Source: an uncultured Deferribacteres bacterium
GTDB lineage: Bacteria > Zhuqueibacterota > Zhuqueibacteria > Zhuqueibacterales > Geothermadaptataceae
NCBI GenBank assembly: GCA_964014485.1
Contig: CAXHAT010000239.1
Location: 1 to 10,710, forward strand
DNA: 10,710 nucleotides
Direction of reading: 5' to 3'
The translations under genes were made by a program, and so were the position numbers. Positions 1 to 7,944 of the stretch are shown one piece after another. The notes under the pieces were generated by a model. The model was not told the origin of the DNA and searched no databases. It saw only the letters and a program-made list of their open reading frames with translations. Numbering within the stretch: position 1 is the first letter of the stretch; every line of letters starts with the position of its first letter.

Positions 1-1574
1 TCATACAGATTTGCGTTTTTTGACGGCGGCGATCTGTCGGCGGTAAAATACATTTGCACGCCGTCTTCCGGCGCAGTCAAGCTGACCTCCCCAGCTTTGT
101 CGCGCGTGATCTTTGGCGGTACGATCAGTTTTGGCGCACGATTAATTTCAATATTTGAAATCACCGGGCAGGCTTTCGCGTCGAGAATCTTAAATTTGAC
201 AGCGTTTGCTGTAACGTCCGGAAGTCTCAAAATGCGCTTGTAACCGATGGTAGTTTCCGAAGCGATCTCCCGCCAACCGTCCTCGGTTTTCGCTTCTAAC
301 GAAAAAGCTTTAACCCGCTGGCCAAGCGCAATGAATTCCTGAACGAGAAATCGATTGAAAGCTGTCGGCTCATTGAATTCGATGATTATTTCCGCCTGAA
401 TCACGCCGTCTTCAGCGGCCCAGTACGTTTTTGCATCGCCGTCTACAATTCGATCAGCTTCAAAGTCCCCGCCGCGAACGTTTGAAGCGTCAATTTTCTG
501 CCCCAGAGCAAGGTCGTTTTTAAAATCCGTGCGGATCGTCTCAGCCAGTTTTTTAAGTTGCCGGACATCATTTTCGTGAACCAAACCCCGCTTGTCAACC
601 GGGAAATTCAGCAACAGCGAGCCGTTGCGTCCAATGCTGTGATAATAAATATCGACAAGTTCAGGCAGAGACTTGACCTTGTGGTCTTCGTATTCGTGAT
701 AGTACCACCCGGGGCGGATCGAAACGTCAACTTCTGCGGGAACCCAATGCGTCCCCCTCTCCTGCCCCATCGAATATTCTTTGGCGTATTCCGGCATGCC
801 ACCGTAGACTTCGTCGCGCATCAGATTCGACCAAGTCGTCGGATAGGCATAGCCGCTTTCGTTGCCAACCCAGCGAATGTCCGGCCCGGCGTCACTGAAA
901 ATAACCGCATTTGGCTGTAATTCCCGGATGATCGGGTAAGTATTTCCCCAATCGTAATAAGACAACTTGTCGACGCGGCGCTCTTCGTTCGCACCGCCGT
1001 ACCAGCCCGTTCCGCCATTGGCTCCGTCGAACCAAACTTCGAAAACTTCGCCGTAATTGGTTAAAAGTTCGCGCAATTGATTGCGAAAATAGGTGATGTA
1101 CTCCGGCTTGCCGTAATCTGGGTGATTGCGATCCCAAGGCGAAAGATAGACGCCTAACTTCAAACCGTACTCCCGACAGGCCTCGGCGAGCTCGCGAACA
1201 ACGTCGCCTTTTCCATCCTTCCATTTGGAGTTTTTGACGGAATGTTCCGTGTATTTTGAAGGCCACAGGCAGAAGCCGTCGTGATGCTTTGCCGTGAGAA
1301 TCACGCCTTTCATTCCGGCTTCTTTAAATTCTCTCGCCCACTGCCGGCAATCCAATTGCGTCGGGTTGAACTGATTCGGTTTTTCATCGCCGAAGCCCCA
1401 TTCCATGTTGGAAAAGGTATTCATGTTAAAATGGACGAAGGCGTAGAATTCGAGTTCCTGCCAATCAAGCTGGCGTTGAGAAGGGATTGGGTGAACCGGA
1501 GCGGGGGGCGTTACGGCGGTTTCGCGGCAGGCTGTCACCATGACAAGAAAGGGAAGAATCGTTTTGTGAAACAT
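1..1574 (-). CDS. Alpha-L-fucosidase (GH29, probably subfamily B) lipoprotein with F5/8 type C (CBM32-like) domain; 3'-truncated by the window edge
   Basis: Manual translation from ATG 1574 stays open to position 1 (>=524 codons; absent from the ORF track because no stop lies in the window). MFHKTILPFLVMVTAC gives a lipobox VTAC. GH29 motifs: WQELEFYAFVHFNMNTF, ILTAKHHDGFCLWPS, GVYLSPWDRN, EVWFDGANGG (nucleophile Asp), DIRWVGNESG (acid/base Glu typical of GH29B), PAEVDVSIRPGWYYH, SIGRNGSLLLNFP. Downstream DGDAKTYW...QEFIALGQRV...TTIGYKRIL is an F5/8-type module. Confidence 0.95.
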   Translation of the reverse strand, partial: MFHKTILPFLVMVTACRETAVTPPAPVHPIPSQRQLDWQELEFYAFVHFNMNTFSNMEWGFGDEKPNQFNPTQLDCRQWAREFKEAGMKGVILTAKHHDGFCLWPSKYTEHSVKNSKWKDGKGDVVRELAEACREYGLKLGVYLSPWDRNHPDYGKPEYITYFRNQLRELLTNYGEVFEVWFDGANGGTGWYGGANEERRVDKLSYYDWGNTYPIIRELQPNAVIFSDAGPDIRWVGNESGYAYPTTWSNLMRDEVYGGMPEYAKEYSMGQERGTHWVPAEVDVSIRPGWYYHEYEDHKVKSLPELVDIYYHSIGRNGSLLLNFPVDKRGLVHENDVRQLKKLAETIRTDFKNDLALGQKIDASNVRGGDFEADRIVDGDAKTYWAAEDGVIQAEIIIEFNEPTAFNRFLVQEFIALGQRVKAFSLEAKTEDGWREIASETTIGYKRILRLPDVTANAVKFKILDAKACPVISNIEINRAPKLIVPPKITRDKAGEVSLTAPEDGVQMYFTADRSPPSKNANLY

Positions 1575-1576
1575 TG

Positions 1577-1867
1577 CTATAAATGTCTGGAAAAATCCAT
1601 TCTGTCATATAGAATGCGGATTACTTTGATCCCCTCGCGGATCTCTTGATAGAATATTACATGCCGTGCTTCATGAAAACTCAACGGGCTGTTGGTAAGT
1701 TCGTATCTCATTCGCCCTGCTTGAGGATTGACTGCAAGAGACAAAATCCGGTTTTCCAAACGCTTCAGATATTTGTTTCGTTGCGTTTTACCCCATTGTT
1801 TTTCTGTGTAACGCCCAATTTCTTTAACGTCTTTCTTCGCTTCAGGCGAGTAAAGAACTTTTGCCAT
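1577..1867 (-). CDS. parE: Type II toxin, RelE/ParE family (ParE-like)
   Basis: 96 aa basic protein: YSPEAKKDVKEIGRYTEKQWGKTQRNKYLKRL...NPQAGR...HVIFYQ...IRILYDRMDFSRHL, the ParE1 pattern. ATG at 1867 overlaps the antitoxin stop (TGATG); the track's 1870 start is a TTG one codon earlier. Confidence 0.92.
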   Translation of the reverse strand: MAKVLYSPEAKKDVKEIGRYTEKQWGKTQRNKYLKRLENRILSLAVNPQAGRMRYELTNSPLSFHEARHVIFYQEIREGIKVIRILYDRMDFSRHL

Positions 1868-2112
1868 CAATTAAAACTGATATCTTTGTCTTCCGAGTCG
1901 AGCTCGGTGATAATCTCTTCCATGCTAAATTCAACGCCTTCGCCACGCTCCAATTGCTCAAAACCGACAGCCAATGCAGCATTTAGCCGATTTATTTTCA
2001 GTTGGTAGTAATTCGTGATCGCTTCGGCAATGTATTGCTCGGCGCTGTCAAATCCACCCGCAAGCGCTGTATCAACTGCTTTTTCCAAATCGGGTGAAAG
2101 TTGTACTTCCAT
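1867..2112 (-). CDS. parD: Type II antitoxin, ParD-like (ribbon-helix-helix)
   Basis: 81 aa acidic protein directly upstream of the toxin and overlapping it by 1 nt. MEVQLSPDLEKAV...GGFDSAEQYIAEAI...KINRLNAALAVGFEQLERGEG resembles ParD-family antitoxins. Strong SD AAAGGAG (2126-2120) lies 7 nt before the ATG. Confidence 0.82.
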   Translation of the reverse strand: MEVQLSPDLEKAVDTALAGGFDSAEQYIAEAITNYYQLKINRLNAALAVGFEQLERGEGVEFSMEEIITELDSEDKDISFN

Positions 2113-2130
2113 AAACTTGCTCCTTTGTAT

Positions 2131-2167
2131 TTGAAAAGCAACATCTCTGCTTTCAATATATTGCTTT
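2131..2167. promoter_or_regulatory. Putative antitoxin operator (imperfect inverted repeat plus extra half-site)
   Basis: TTGAAAAGCA-N7-TGCTTTCAA (2131-2156) overlaps the -10/+1 region. A third AAAGCA/TGCTTT half-site sits at 2162-2167 in the promoter spacer. Confidence 0.5.
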
Positions 2168-2184
2168 CTGGTTTAGAACGTCAA
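2155..2184 (-). promoter_or_regulatory. Putative sigma70 promoter of the TA operon
   Basis: Minus strand TTGACG (2184-2179), 18-nt spacer, TATATT (2160-2155), about 40 nt upstream of the antitoxin ATG. Confidence 0.65.
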
Positions 2185-2202
2185 GGTATAAAATCTAAAC
2201 CA
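2169..2202. repeat. Perfect 9-bp inverted repeat flanking the -35 element
   Basis: TGGTTTAGA (2169-2177), 16-nt spacer, TCTAAACCA (2194-2202). Confidence 0.55.
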
Positions 2203-2244
2203 AAGAAGATTGTTTACGCGATTTTGGCTACTAAAACTGAAAGG

Positions 2245-3702
2245 TCAACTGGCGCCGTACCCGGTGAGAACGACGTAAACCGTGCGGAAGAGGATTTTGA
2301 CGTCGAGCCAGATAGACCAGTTGTCGATGTACTCAAGGTCCATCTCCATCCAACGCTCGAACTTGATGTTGTTTCGCCCGCTGACTTGCCAAATACAAGT
2401 CACGCCTGGTTTGAGGGAAAGGCGGCGGCGTTGCCAAAGTTGGTACATATCGACTTCGACCGGCAACGGCGGGCGTGGGCCGACAAGGCTCATGTCACCT
2501 TTGAGGACATTAAAAAACTGGGGAAGTTCATCAATGCTCGTCTTGCGAATGAATCGGCCAATGTTTGTCACGCGCGGGTCGCGTTTAATCTTGAAGACCG
2601 GGCCGTCCATTTCGTTGGCTTTTTCAAGCTCTTTTCTTTTCACTTCAGCGTTTACCACCATGGAGCGAAATTTATAGAGCGTGAACTGTCGCCCGTTTAA
2701 ACCGCAACGCTTTTGCTTGAAGAAAATCGGGCCGCGAGATTCGAGCTTTATGGCAATGGCGATGAGCAACATGATCGGAGAAGCCATGACGATTGCAAAA
2801 AGGGAAAGAATGATATCAAGCGCGCGCTTTATGAAAAACTGCCACTCGCGCGCATGGATCGTTTCATACTCAAGCAACGGAAAACCGCTAAAATCAGTCT
2901 GGCGCGGCTTCGCAATTTTGAGGTCATACAAATCCATTGAAATACTGGTCGAAACGCCTTCTTTTTCGCAGGCAAGAATGGCTTCATCGATGCGGTTCAA
3001 CCAAAGCCTGGGGACGACAAAAATAACACGGTCCACGACTTTGCGGTGTAAAATCAGAGGGATGTCCTGAATCCTGCCCAAAACGCGGAAGCCTTCCACT
3101 TCCTTGCCGTACATGGCGTGCTCATCATCGATCAGGCCGACGATTCGCAGCCCCCACTTTGAGTGCTTCTTCACCATGCGAATGAAATTCTGCGCTCTTT
3201 CTCCAGAGCCCACGATGAGAAGGTTGATCTGGTTAAATCCTTTGCTTTGGACGTAGTCCAGAAAGTAGTTGAGGAGGTATTTCTCGAGACAAATTAAGGA
3301 AACGAGGACGCCGCCAAATACGCCGATGAACAAGCGGCTTGTAAGCTTGAGTTTGAAGAGAAAAATGAGCGAACCCAGAGCCAGCCCCATCAGCGCCGTT
3401 GATTTGAGCACCTCAAAAACGACTTGATAATATTTCTTGCCGCGAAATTCTTCGTATCCCCCCTGCCAGGAATGCCCGATGATCCAGGCCGGAATTGCGC
3501 CTATTAGAAGCAGATAATTCTTGCTGATGAAATGCATAAATCCGTCAATATCCATCGACGGCGCATAGGCCATTTCCCCCAGAGCGAATTCGTCTCTCAG
3601 GAAAAAACTGACGTAATAGGCAAGAAAAAACGCAAGAACAATGATGAGGAAATCGAGCAGTTTGAAGACGTCCCTGAGGAACGCTTCCTTCTCTCGAACC
3701 AT
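2245..3702 (-). CDS. Priming polyprenyl-phosphate hexose-1-phosphate transferase (WcaJ/WbaP/CpsE family)
   Basis: 485 aa. N-terminal hydrophobic helices, a central Rossmann-like segment (LLIVGSGERA...GLIDD), then a bacterial sugar transferase domain: KRALDI, GPIFFKQKRCG, KFRSM, DPRVT, DELPQFFNVLKGDMSLVGPRP, KPGVTCIWQVSGRN, DLEYI. Confidence 0.95.
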   Translation of the reverse strand: MVREKEAFLRDVFKLLDFLIIVLAFFLAYYVSFFLRDEFALGEMAYAPSMDIDGFMHFISKNYLLLIGAIPAWIIGHSWQGGYEEFRGKKYYQVVFEVLKSTALMGLALGSLIFLFKLKLTSRLFIGVFGGVLVSLICLEKYLLNYFLDYVQSKGFNQINLLIVGSGERAQNFIRMVKKHSKWGLRIVGLIDDEHAMYGKEVEGFRVLGRIQDIPLILHRKVVDRVIFVVPRLWLNRIDEAILACEKEGVSTSISMDLYDLKIAKPRQTDFSGFPLLEYETIHAREWQFFIKRALDIILSLFAIVMASPIMLLIAIAIKLESRGPIFFKQKRCGLNGRQFTLYKFRSMVVNAEVKRKELEKANEMDGPVFKIKRDPRVTNIGRFIRKTSIDELPQFFNVLKGDMSLVGPRPPLPVEVDMYQLWQRRRLSLKPGVTCIWQVSGRNNIKFERWMEMDLEYIDNWSIWLDVKILFRTVYVVLTGYGAS

Positions 3703-3788
3703 TTAACGCCTCTAAACTTATGTGAGCAGCCCTGGATGATATTGGGGCGACGACTGGTCGTCAGGAGAAAAACGCCGATCTAACGAAA

Positions 3789-4736
3789 TTAGAGTTCTGA
3801 TTTAAACCAATTGACGAATTTTTCGATTCCGGTCTCAATGTTGACTTTTGGAGCATAGCCGAGATCTTCGCGCGCCTTGGTGACGTCCGCGTATGTAATT
3901 TCGACGTCTCCCGGCTGCATTGGCATTCGTTGGATAATTGCTTCTTTGCCAAGCTTTTCTTCAATGGTCTTGATCAAGTCGCTTAAGGAGATCGTTTTTG
4001 ATTCACCTAAATTATAGACGTTATAGCCGGATGCGCGCATCAAGCTGCGGTAAACGCCGTCAACTATATCGCTGATAAACGTATAATCGCGCTTGGTCGA
4101 TCCATCACCGTACATGGGAATCGGCTCGCCTTGCGCGATGAGTTTGGTAAATTTGTGAATCGCCATATCGGGGCGCTGTCGCGGGCCGTACACCGTGAAA
4201 AAGCGCAAGCACGAAACGTTGAGATCATAAAGGTGGCAATAGGTGTGGCTAATCAATTCACACGCTTTTTTTGTTGCGGCATAAGGCGAGATGGGATTGT
4301 CAACAAAATCGGATTCACTAAACGGCGTCTTTTTGTTTTTTCCATACACCGAGGAAGAAGAAGCGACGACGACTTTTTCAACTTTGTACTTATTCGCGCG
4401 TTCGAGCAGTTCCATCGTGCCCTGAATATTCACTTTTTCATAAAGAAACGGCTGTTGCAGCGAAGGACGAACTCCGGCGCGCGCAGCCAAATGCACAATG
4501 CCGGAAAAATTGTGTTTTTCAAAGAGCTTGTCCAATAAATCGCCGTCGAGAATTTCGCCCTCAACAATTTCAACATCGTTGCGTCCTAAAAATCCCTCGA
4601 CATTTCTGCGCTTAATCGCCGGATCATAATAATCATTAAAGTTGTCGAGAATTACGATCTCATGGCCGTTTTCTAAAGCGTATTCGCAAAAATGCGAGCC
4701 AATAAAGCCCGCGCCTCCGGTTAGAAGTATTTTCAT
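3789..4736 (-). CDS. NAD-dependent epimerase/dehydratase (extended SDR), UDP-glucuronate 4-epimerase-like
   Basis: 315 aa. TGGAGFIGS NAD-binding motif, HLAARAGVRPSL, ASSSSVYG, catalytic YAATK, LRFFTVYGPRQRPDMA, QPGDV; these match the Uge/CapI/WbnF subgroup. Confidence 0.9.
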   Translation of the reverse strand: MKILLTGGAGFIGSHFCEYALENGHEIVILDNFNDYYDPAIKRRNVEGFLGRNDVEIVEGEILDGDLLDKLFEKHNFSGIVHLAARAGVRPSLQQPFLYEKVNIQGTMELLERANKYKVEKVVVASSSSVYGKNKKTPFSESDFVDNPISPYAATKKACELISHTYCHLYDLNVSCLRFFTVYGPRQRPDMAIHKFTKLIAQGEPIPMYGDGSTKRDYTFISDIVDGVYRSLMRASGYNVYNLGESKTISLSDLIKTIEEKLGKEAIIQRMPMQPGDVEITYADVTKAREDLGYAPKVNIETGIEKFVNWFKSEL

Positions 4737-4778
4737 CCTCTCTCTGCTTCCAGTTTCCGATTGTTTTGATTCTCTGGA

Positions 4779-7094
4779 TTAATAGTGGTAGTAGCTATAG
4801 CCCTCATGAGCAAGATCCGCCGAAGCGCCGTTCAGAATAATTCCCATCACCTTTGCGGGAACATGCTGGTAAAGCTCCATTTTCTGTTTTGCGATTTCCC
4901 GATGCGTTTTCCCTGCCCGCACGACGATTATCGTGCCGTCCACCTGGGTGCCGACAACAACAGCGTCTGTGGCGGCATTCAACGGCGGCGTGTCGAAAAT
5001 CACAAGATCGAAGCGTCGGCGCACTTCGTCAAGAAAACGCTGCATTTGATGAGAACCAAGCAATTCTGACGGATTTGGAATCAACGACCCGCAACTCACA
5101 ACGGAAAGGTTTGGAATCTGCGTTTCGCGCACAATTTCCGGCAGCGGCAGCGTACTCGTCAGGTAGTTGCTGAATCCAGGCTCTTTGGGAACGCCAAAAG
5201 TATTGTGCTGCACGCCGCGACGCAAATCCGTATCAACCAACAAGGTATTCGTTTTCTGCTGCGCCATTGTAATTGCCAGGTTTGACGAGGTAAAAGATTT
5301 TCCGTCGCCTGGGGCCATACTTGTAATGACAAGACTTTGCACTCGGCCAATCTCTTTCGAAAAAAGGATGCTTGTGCGCAGCGAGCGATAGGCTTCTCCA
5401 ATTGGCGTTGGCGCATAATCGTGAGTCACCAATTGGTTATCTATCAGCTTAATTTTTTCATGATCCTGATACTCGCCGATATCATCAAAATTGACTTGTG
5501 GAATCGCACCCAAAACGTTGACCCGCATGTATCGCTTGACATCTTCGACAGTTTTCATTGTCTTGTCGAAAAATTCCAGGAAAAGCGTTACAAAAATACC
5601 CAGGAAAAATCCTCCAGCCGCACCGGCGGCCGCTTTCATCGGCTTATTGCCGTTGGTCGGATGTTCGGGGAGAATCGCCGCATCCAGAATGTCAACCTGA
5701 TCAACGTCGTCTTTTGTGATGTCTAATTTGCTGAGTCTTTCGTTCAGGTCTTTTACAAGGTCTTCATCATTTCGTTTTTGCCCAAGCAGAATCTGATATT
5801 CGTTTTCTTTTGCGGGCATGGAGCGCAGCGTTAGCTTGCTCTCCGAAATTCTGCCTTCGACGCTTTTGATTTCTTTTTCAAAAACGTTGAGCTCGTTTCT
5901 CGCAATTGTCCGAATGCTCTGATGAACTCTGGAAATCTCTTTTTGAAAGGAAATCGCTTCGTCATTCAGCTCTGAAGACGCCGAAACGATTCGGTCATAC
6001 TCTCCTTTCAACCTTTCCATATTGCTCCGCTCAACGACCAAGCGCGGATGATCTCTTAGCGTCGGGAGTTCGACTAACGTCATCAAATAGGAATGTTTTT
6101 GCTCGAAATCGTCGACTTTGTCCATCTCGCTCAATAATCCCTTGATAGCGTCGACGGCGCGGCGCAAATCCTTGTGTTCTCTTTCGGCGTCGGTCAAACG
6201 TTGAGAAATTCTCCCGGCTTGCGATTCCGTGCTGCCGACAGTGGGATTCCTTCGCTGAAAGGAGATTAAATTAGCTGTTGAGCTGTCTAATTTGGCCTGC
6301 GCTTGTTCAAGATTTCTTTTCAGCGTCGAGTATTGCTGCTGAACCCCCGCGTCCTTGATTTGGATACTCTCTTCTTTGAAAATCTCCGCCAGCAGATTGG
6401 TCGTTTGCATCGCCAGGAAGGGATCGGAATTGCGAAGCGTAATAAACATCAGCGTGCTGCCGCGATTAAAACGCACGTCAATTTGACCAATAAACCCAGT
6501 CACTGCTTTCTGAAAATTCCGAACGGAGAAGCGCAGTTCGGCTGGGAAGCTTTCATTCTCCGCCAGTTGAAACTTCATTCCTCCATATTCAAGAGGGCCG
6601 ATCTGAGCATCTAACAGTCGTGAAGAAAGCACTTGGCTTTCAAAAGTTTCATCTTCTTGATCGAGAATGGAAAGCGAAAATGTTCCGTCACCGGGGAATC
6701 GAAGCAAGTAGAGGCCGGTTTGAGGGCTTTGCGTTGTCGAAAACGATTTGAAGATTTCTCTACGCTGTAAGAGTGAGTCGTTTTCGAGGGGCAAAAAGTC
6801 CATCGCCAACCCCAATTTGGCGACAACCTGGGCAGAGAAAGATCGGCTCAACAGCTTTTCCTGCCGCGCCGTAGCTAGTAAATCATCGTTGCCGCCCACG
6901 CTGATAAATTGCAATGTGGCGCGCGTTTCATAAACGGGCTTTTCTTTTTTAACGAACATCACCCACGGCACTGCAACAGCAACAGTTATCGCGGTCCAGA
7001 GCCACCAGCGTTTTAGGAGCGCCACCCAATATCGGCGTAAATCAAGCCCTCCTTCAGATCGAGTGTCTTCATCTTCGAAGTAGAAATCATCCAT
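4779..7094 (-). CDS. wzc: Polysaccharide co-polymerase / BY-kinase (Wzc, PCP-2a)
   Basis: 771 aa. N-terminal TM (WWLWTAITVAVAVPWVMFV), long coiled-coil periplasmic region, proline-rich segment (ILPEHP) then a second TM, EAYRSLRT, Walker A (TSMAPGDGKS), Walker A' (LLVDTDLRR), PNPSELL, Walker B (VIFDTPP), C-terminal Tyr cluster GYSYYHY. Confidence 0.95.
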   Translation of the reverse strand: MDDFYFEDEDTRSEGGLDLRRYWVALLKRWWLWTAITVAVAVPWVMFVKKEKPVYETRATLQFISVGGNDDLLATARQEKLLSRSFSAQVVAKLGLAMDFLPLENDSLLQRREIFKSFSTTQSPQTGLYLLRFPGDGTFSLSILDQEDETFESQVLSSRLLDAQIGPLEYGGMKFQLAENESFPAELRFSVRNFQKAVTGFIGQIDVRFNRGSTLMFITLRNSDPFLAMQTTNLLAEIFKEESIQIKDAGVQQQYSTLKRNLEQAQAKLDSSTANLISFQRRNPTVGSTESQAGRISQRLTDAEREHKDLRRAVDAIKGLLSEMDKVDDFEQKHSYLMTLVELPTLRDHPRLVVERSNMERLKGEYDRIVSASSELNDEAISFQKEISRVHQSIRTIARNELNVFEKEIKSVEGRISESKLTLRSMPAKENEYQILLGQKRNDEDLVKDLNERLSKLDITKDDVDQVDILDAAILPEHPTNGNKPMKAAAGAAGGFFLGIFVTLFLEFFDKTMKTVEDVKRYMRVNVLGAIPQVNFDDIGEYQDHEKIKLIDNQLVTHDYAPTPIGEAYRSLRTSILFSKEIGRVQSLVITSMAPGDGKSFTSSNLAITMAQQKTNTLLVDTDLRRGVQHNTFGVPKEPGFSNYLTSTLPLPEIVRETQIPNLSVVSCGSLIPNPSELLGSHQMQRFLDEVRRRFDLVIFDTPPLNAATDAVVVGTQVDGTIIVVRAGKTHREIAKQKMELYQHVPAKVMGIILNGASADLAHEGYSYYHY

Positions 7095-7198
7095 TGCTCC
7101 CGCTCCAGTTGTTTTTCGCCAAGCTGTTCATCTTCTTGTTCTTTTTAAAACTCGATCTAATAGCACCAAATTCTTCTATCTTGAGAAATTTCGGGAGG

Positions 7199-7870
7199 TT
7201 ATTGCTCTGTTAAACGCAAGTAGAGCAGCAAAAGCGAACTTCCAAGCGAGACAACCTGGATCACAGTTCGCAAACTTATCTTTTTATGGGGAGGCAACAC
7301 CAGTTGATCGCCGCTCTGAATACCGATTTCCTGGATATTGTAGGCTTGTTCAAATTGGCCTAACAGATTTTTAGCGACCATTCGTCCCCCTCGCGTATAA
7401 TACAATTTTTTCAGATTGGCTCCAGTAACCGGGCCTCCGGCAATATCGATTACCTCCCACAAAGTGGCATTTTCTTTAACAAGATATGAGCCGGGACGAG
7501 CGACTGAGCCCATGACGGCCAAGCGTAACAGAGGCTTACAAACAAACGAAACGCCTTTTGTGAATTTCTTGTAGCGCTCTGAAAGAATCTGTGCTAATCC
7601 GTCCCGCGTCAGCCCGACAGCTCTCACATATCCGATAAGCGGCATAAAAATTTGGCCGGTTCGATCTATCAAATAATCATTTGATAGATTCAGCTCATCG
7701 ATGTTCTGGCTTCCCGCCCCCGGATTTTGCCATGCAATAACACGAACGCCGTCGCCGGGCTTGAAATCGCCCGGGATGTCACTTTGAGCCGAAATTGTAA
7801 ATGGGGAAATCAAGAGAAGAGAGATATAGGTGACAATCGGCGTCCTGCCGAAAAATGAAAAGTCCTTCAT
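7199..7870 (-). CDS. wza: Polysaccharide export protein (Wza/OPX family; Poly_export plus SLBB domain)
   Basis: 223 aa. Signal peptide, FKPGDGVRV...IDRTGQIFMPLIGYVRAVGLT (PES motif), VMGSVARPGSY...TLWEVIDIAGG...IQSGDQLVLP (SLBB), C-terminal hydrophobic helix. Lies directly upstream of wzc. SD AGAAAGGA. Confidence 0.88.
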   Translation of the reverse strand: MKDFSFFGRTPIVTYISLLLISPFTISAQSDIPGDFKPGDGVRVIAWQNPGAGSQNIDELNLSNDYLIDRTGQIFMPLIGYVRAVGLTRDGLAQILSERYKKFTKGVSFVCKPLLRLAVMGSVARPGSYLVKENATLWEVIDIAGGPVTGANLKKLYYTRGGRMVAKNLLGQFEQAYNIQEIGIQSGDQLVLPPHKKISLRTVIQVVSLGSSLLLLYLRLTEQ

Positions 7871-7944
7871 TGCTGTCCTTTCTGAGTGTGTCGAAAATCT
7901 GAGAGTATTTCTGGAAAGTCCGTTCCTTGGTTTGGGAGAAACAA

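Noticed and set aside
558..1649. ORFs 558-920, 608-802, 821-1018, 892-1266 and 1281-1649 as genes, or as pieces of a frameshifted pseudogene
   Set aside because: All overlap the continuous GH29 frame, which reads through without a frameshift, including across the G-run near 743-747.
2101..3070. Plus-strand ORFs including the 199-aa 2101-2700
   Set aside because: Antisense shadows of the conserved sugar transferase domain, with no recognisable motifs.
3749..3762. GACGAC-TG-GTCGTC palindrome between the epimerase and the transferase
   Set aside because: Short stem with no adjacent U-tract; not distinguishable from chance.
7087..7131. 14-codon ORF (MNSLAKNNWSGSNG) overlapping the wzc start
   Set aside because: Short enough to arise by chance, and wzc has its own GGAG SD.
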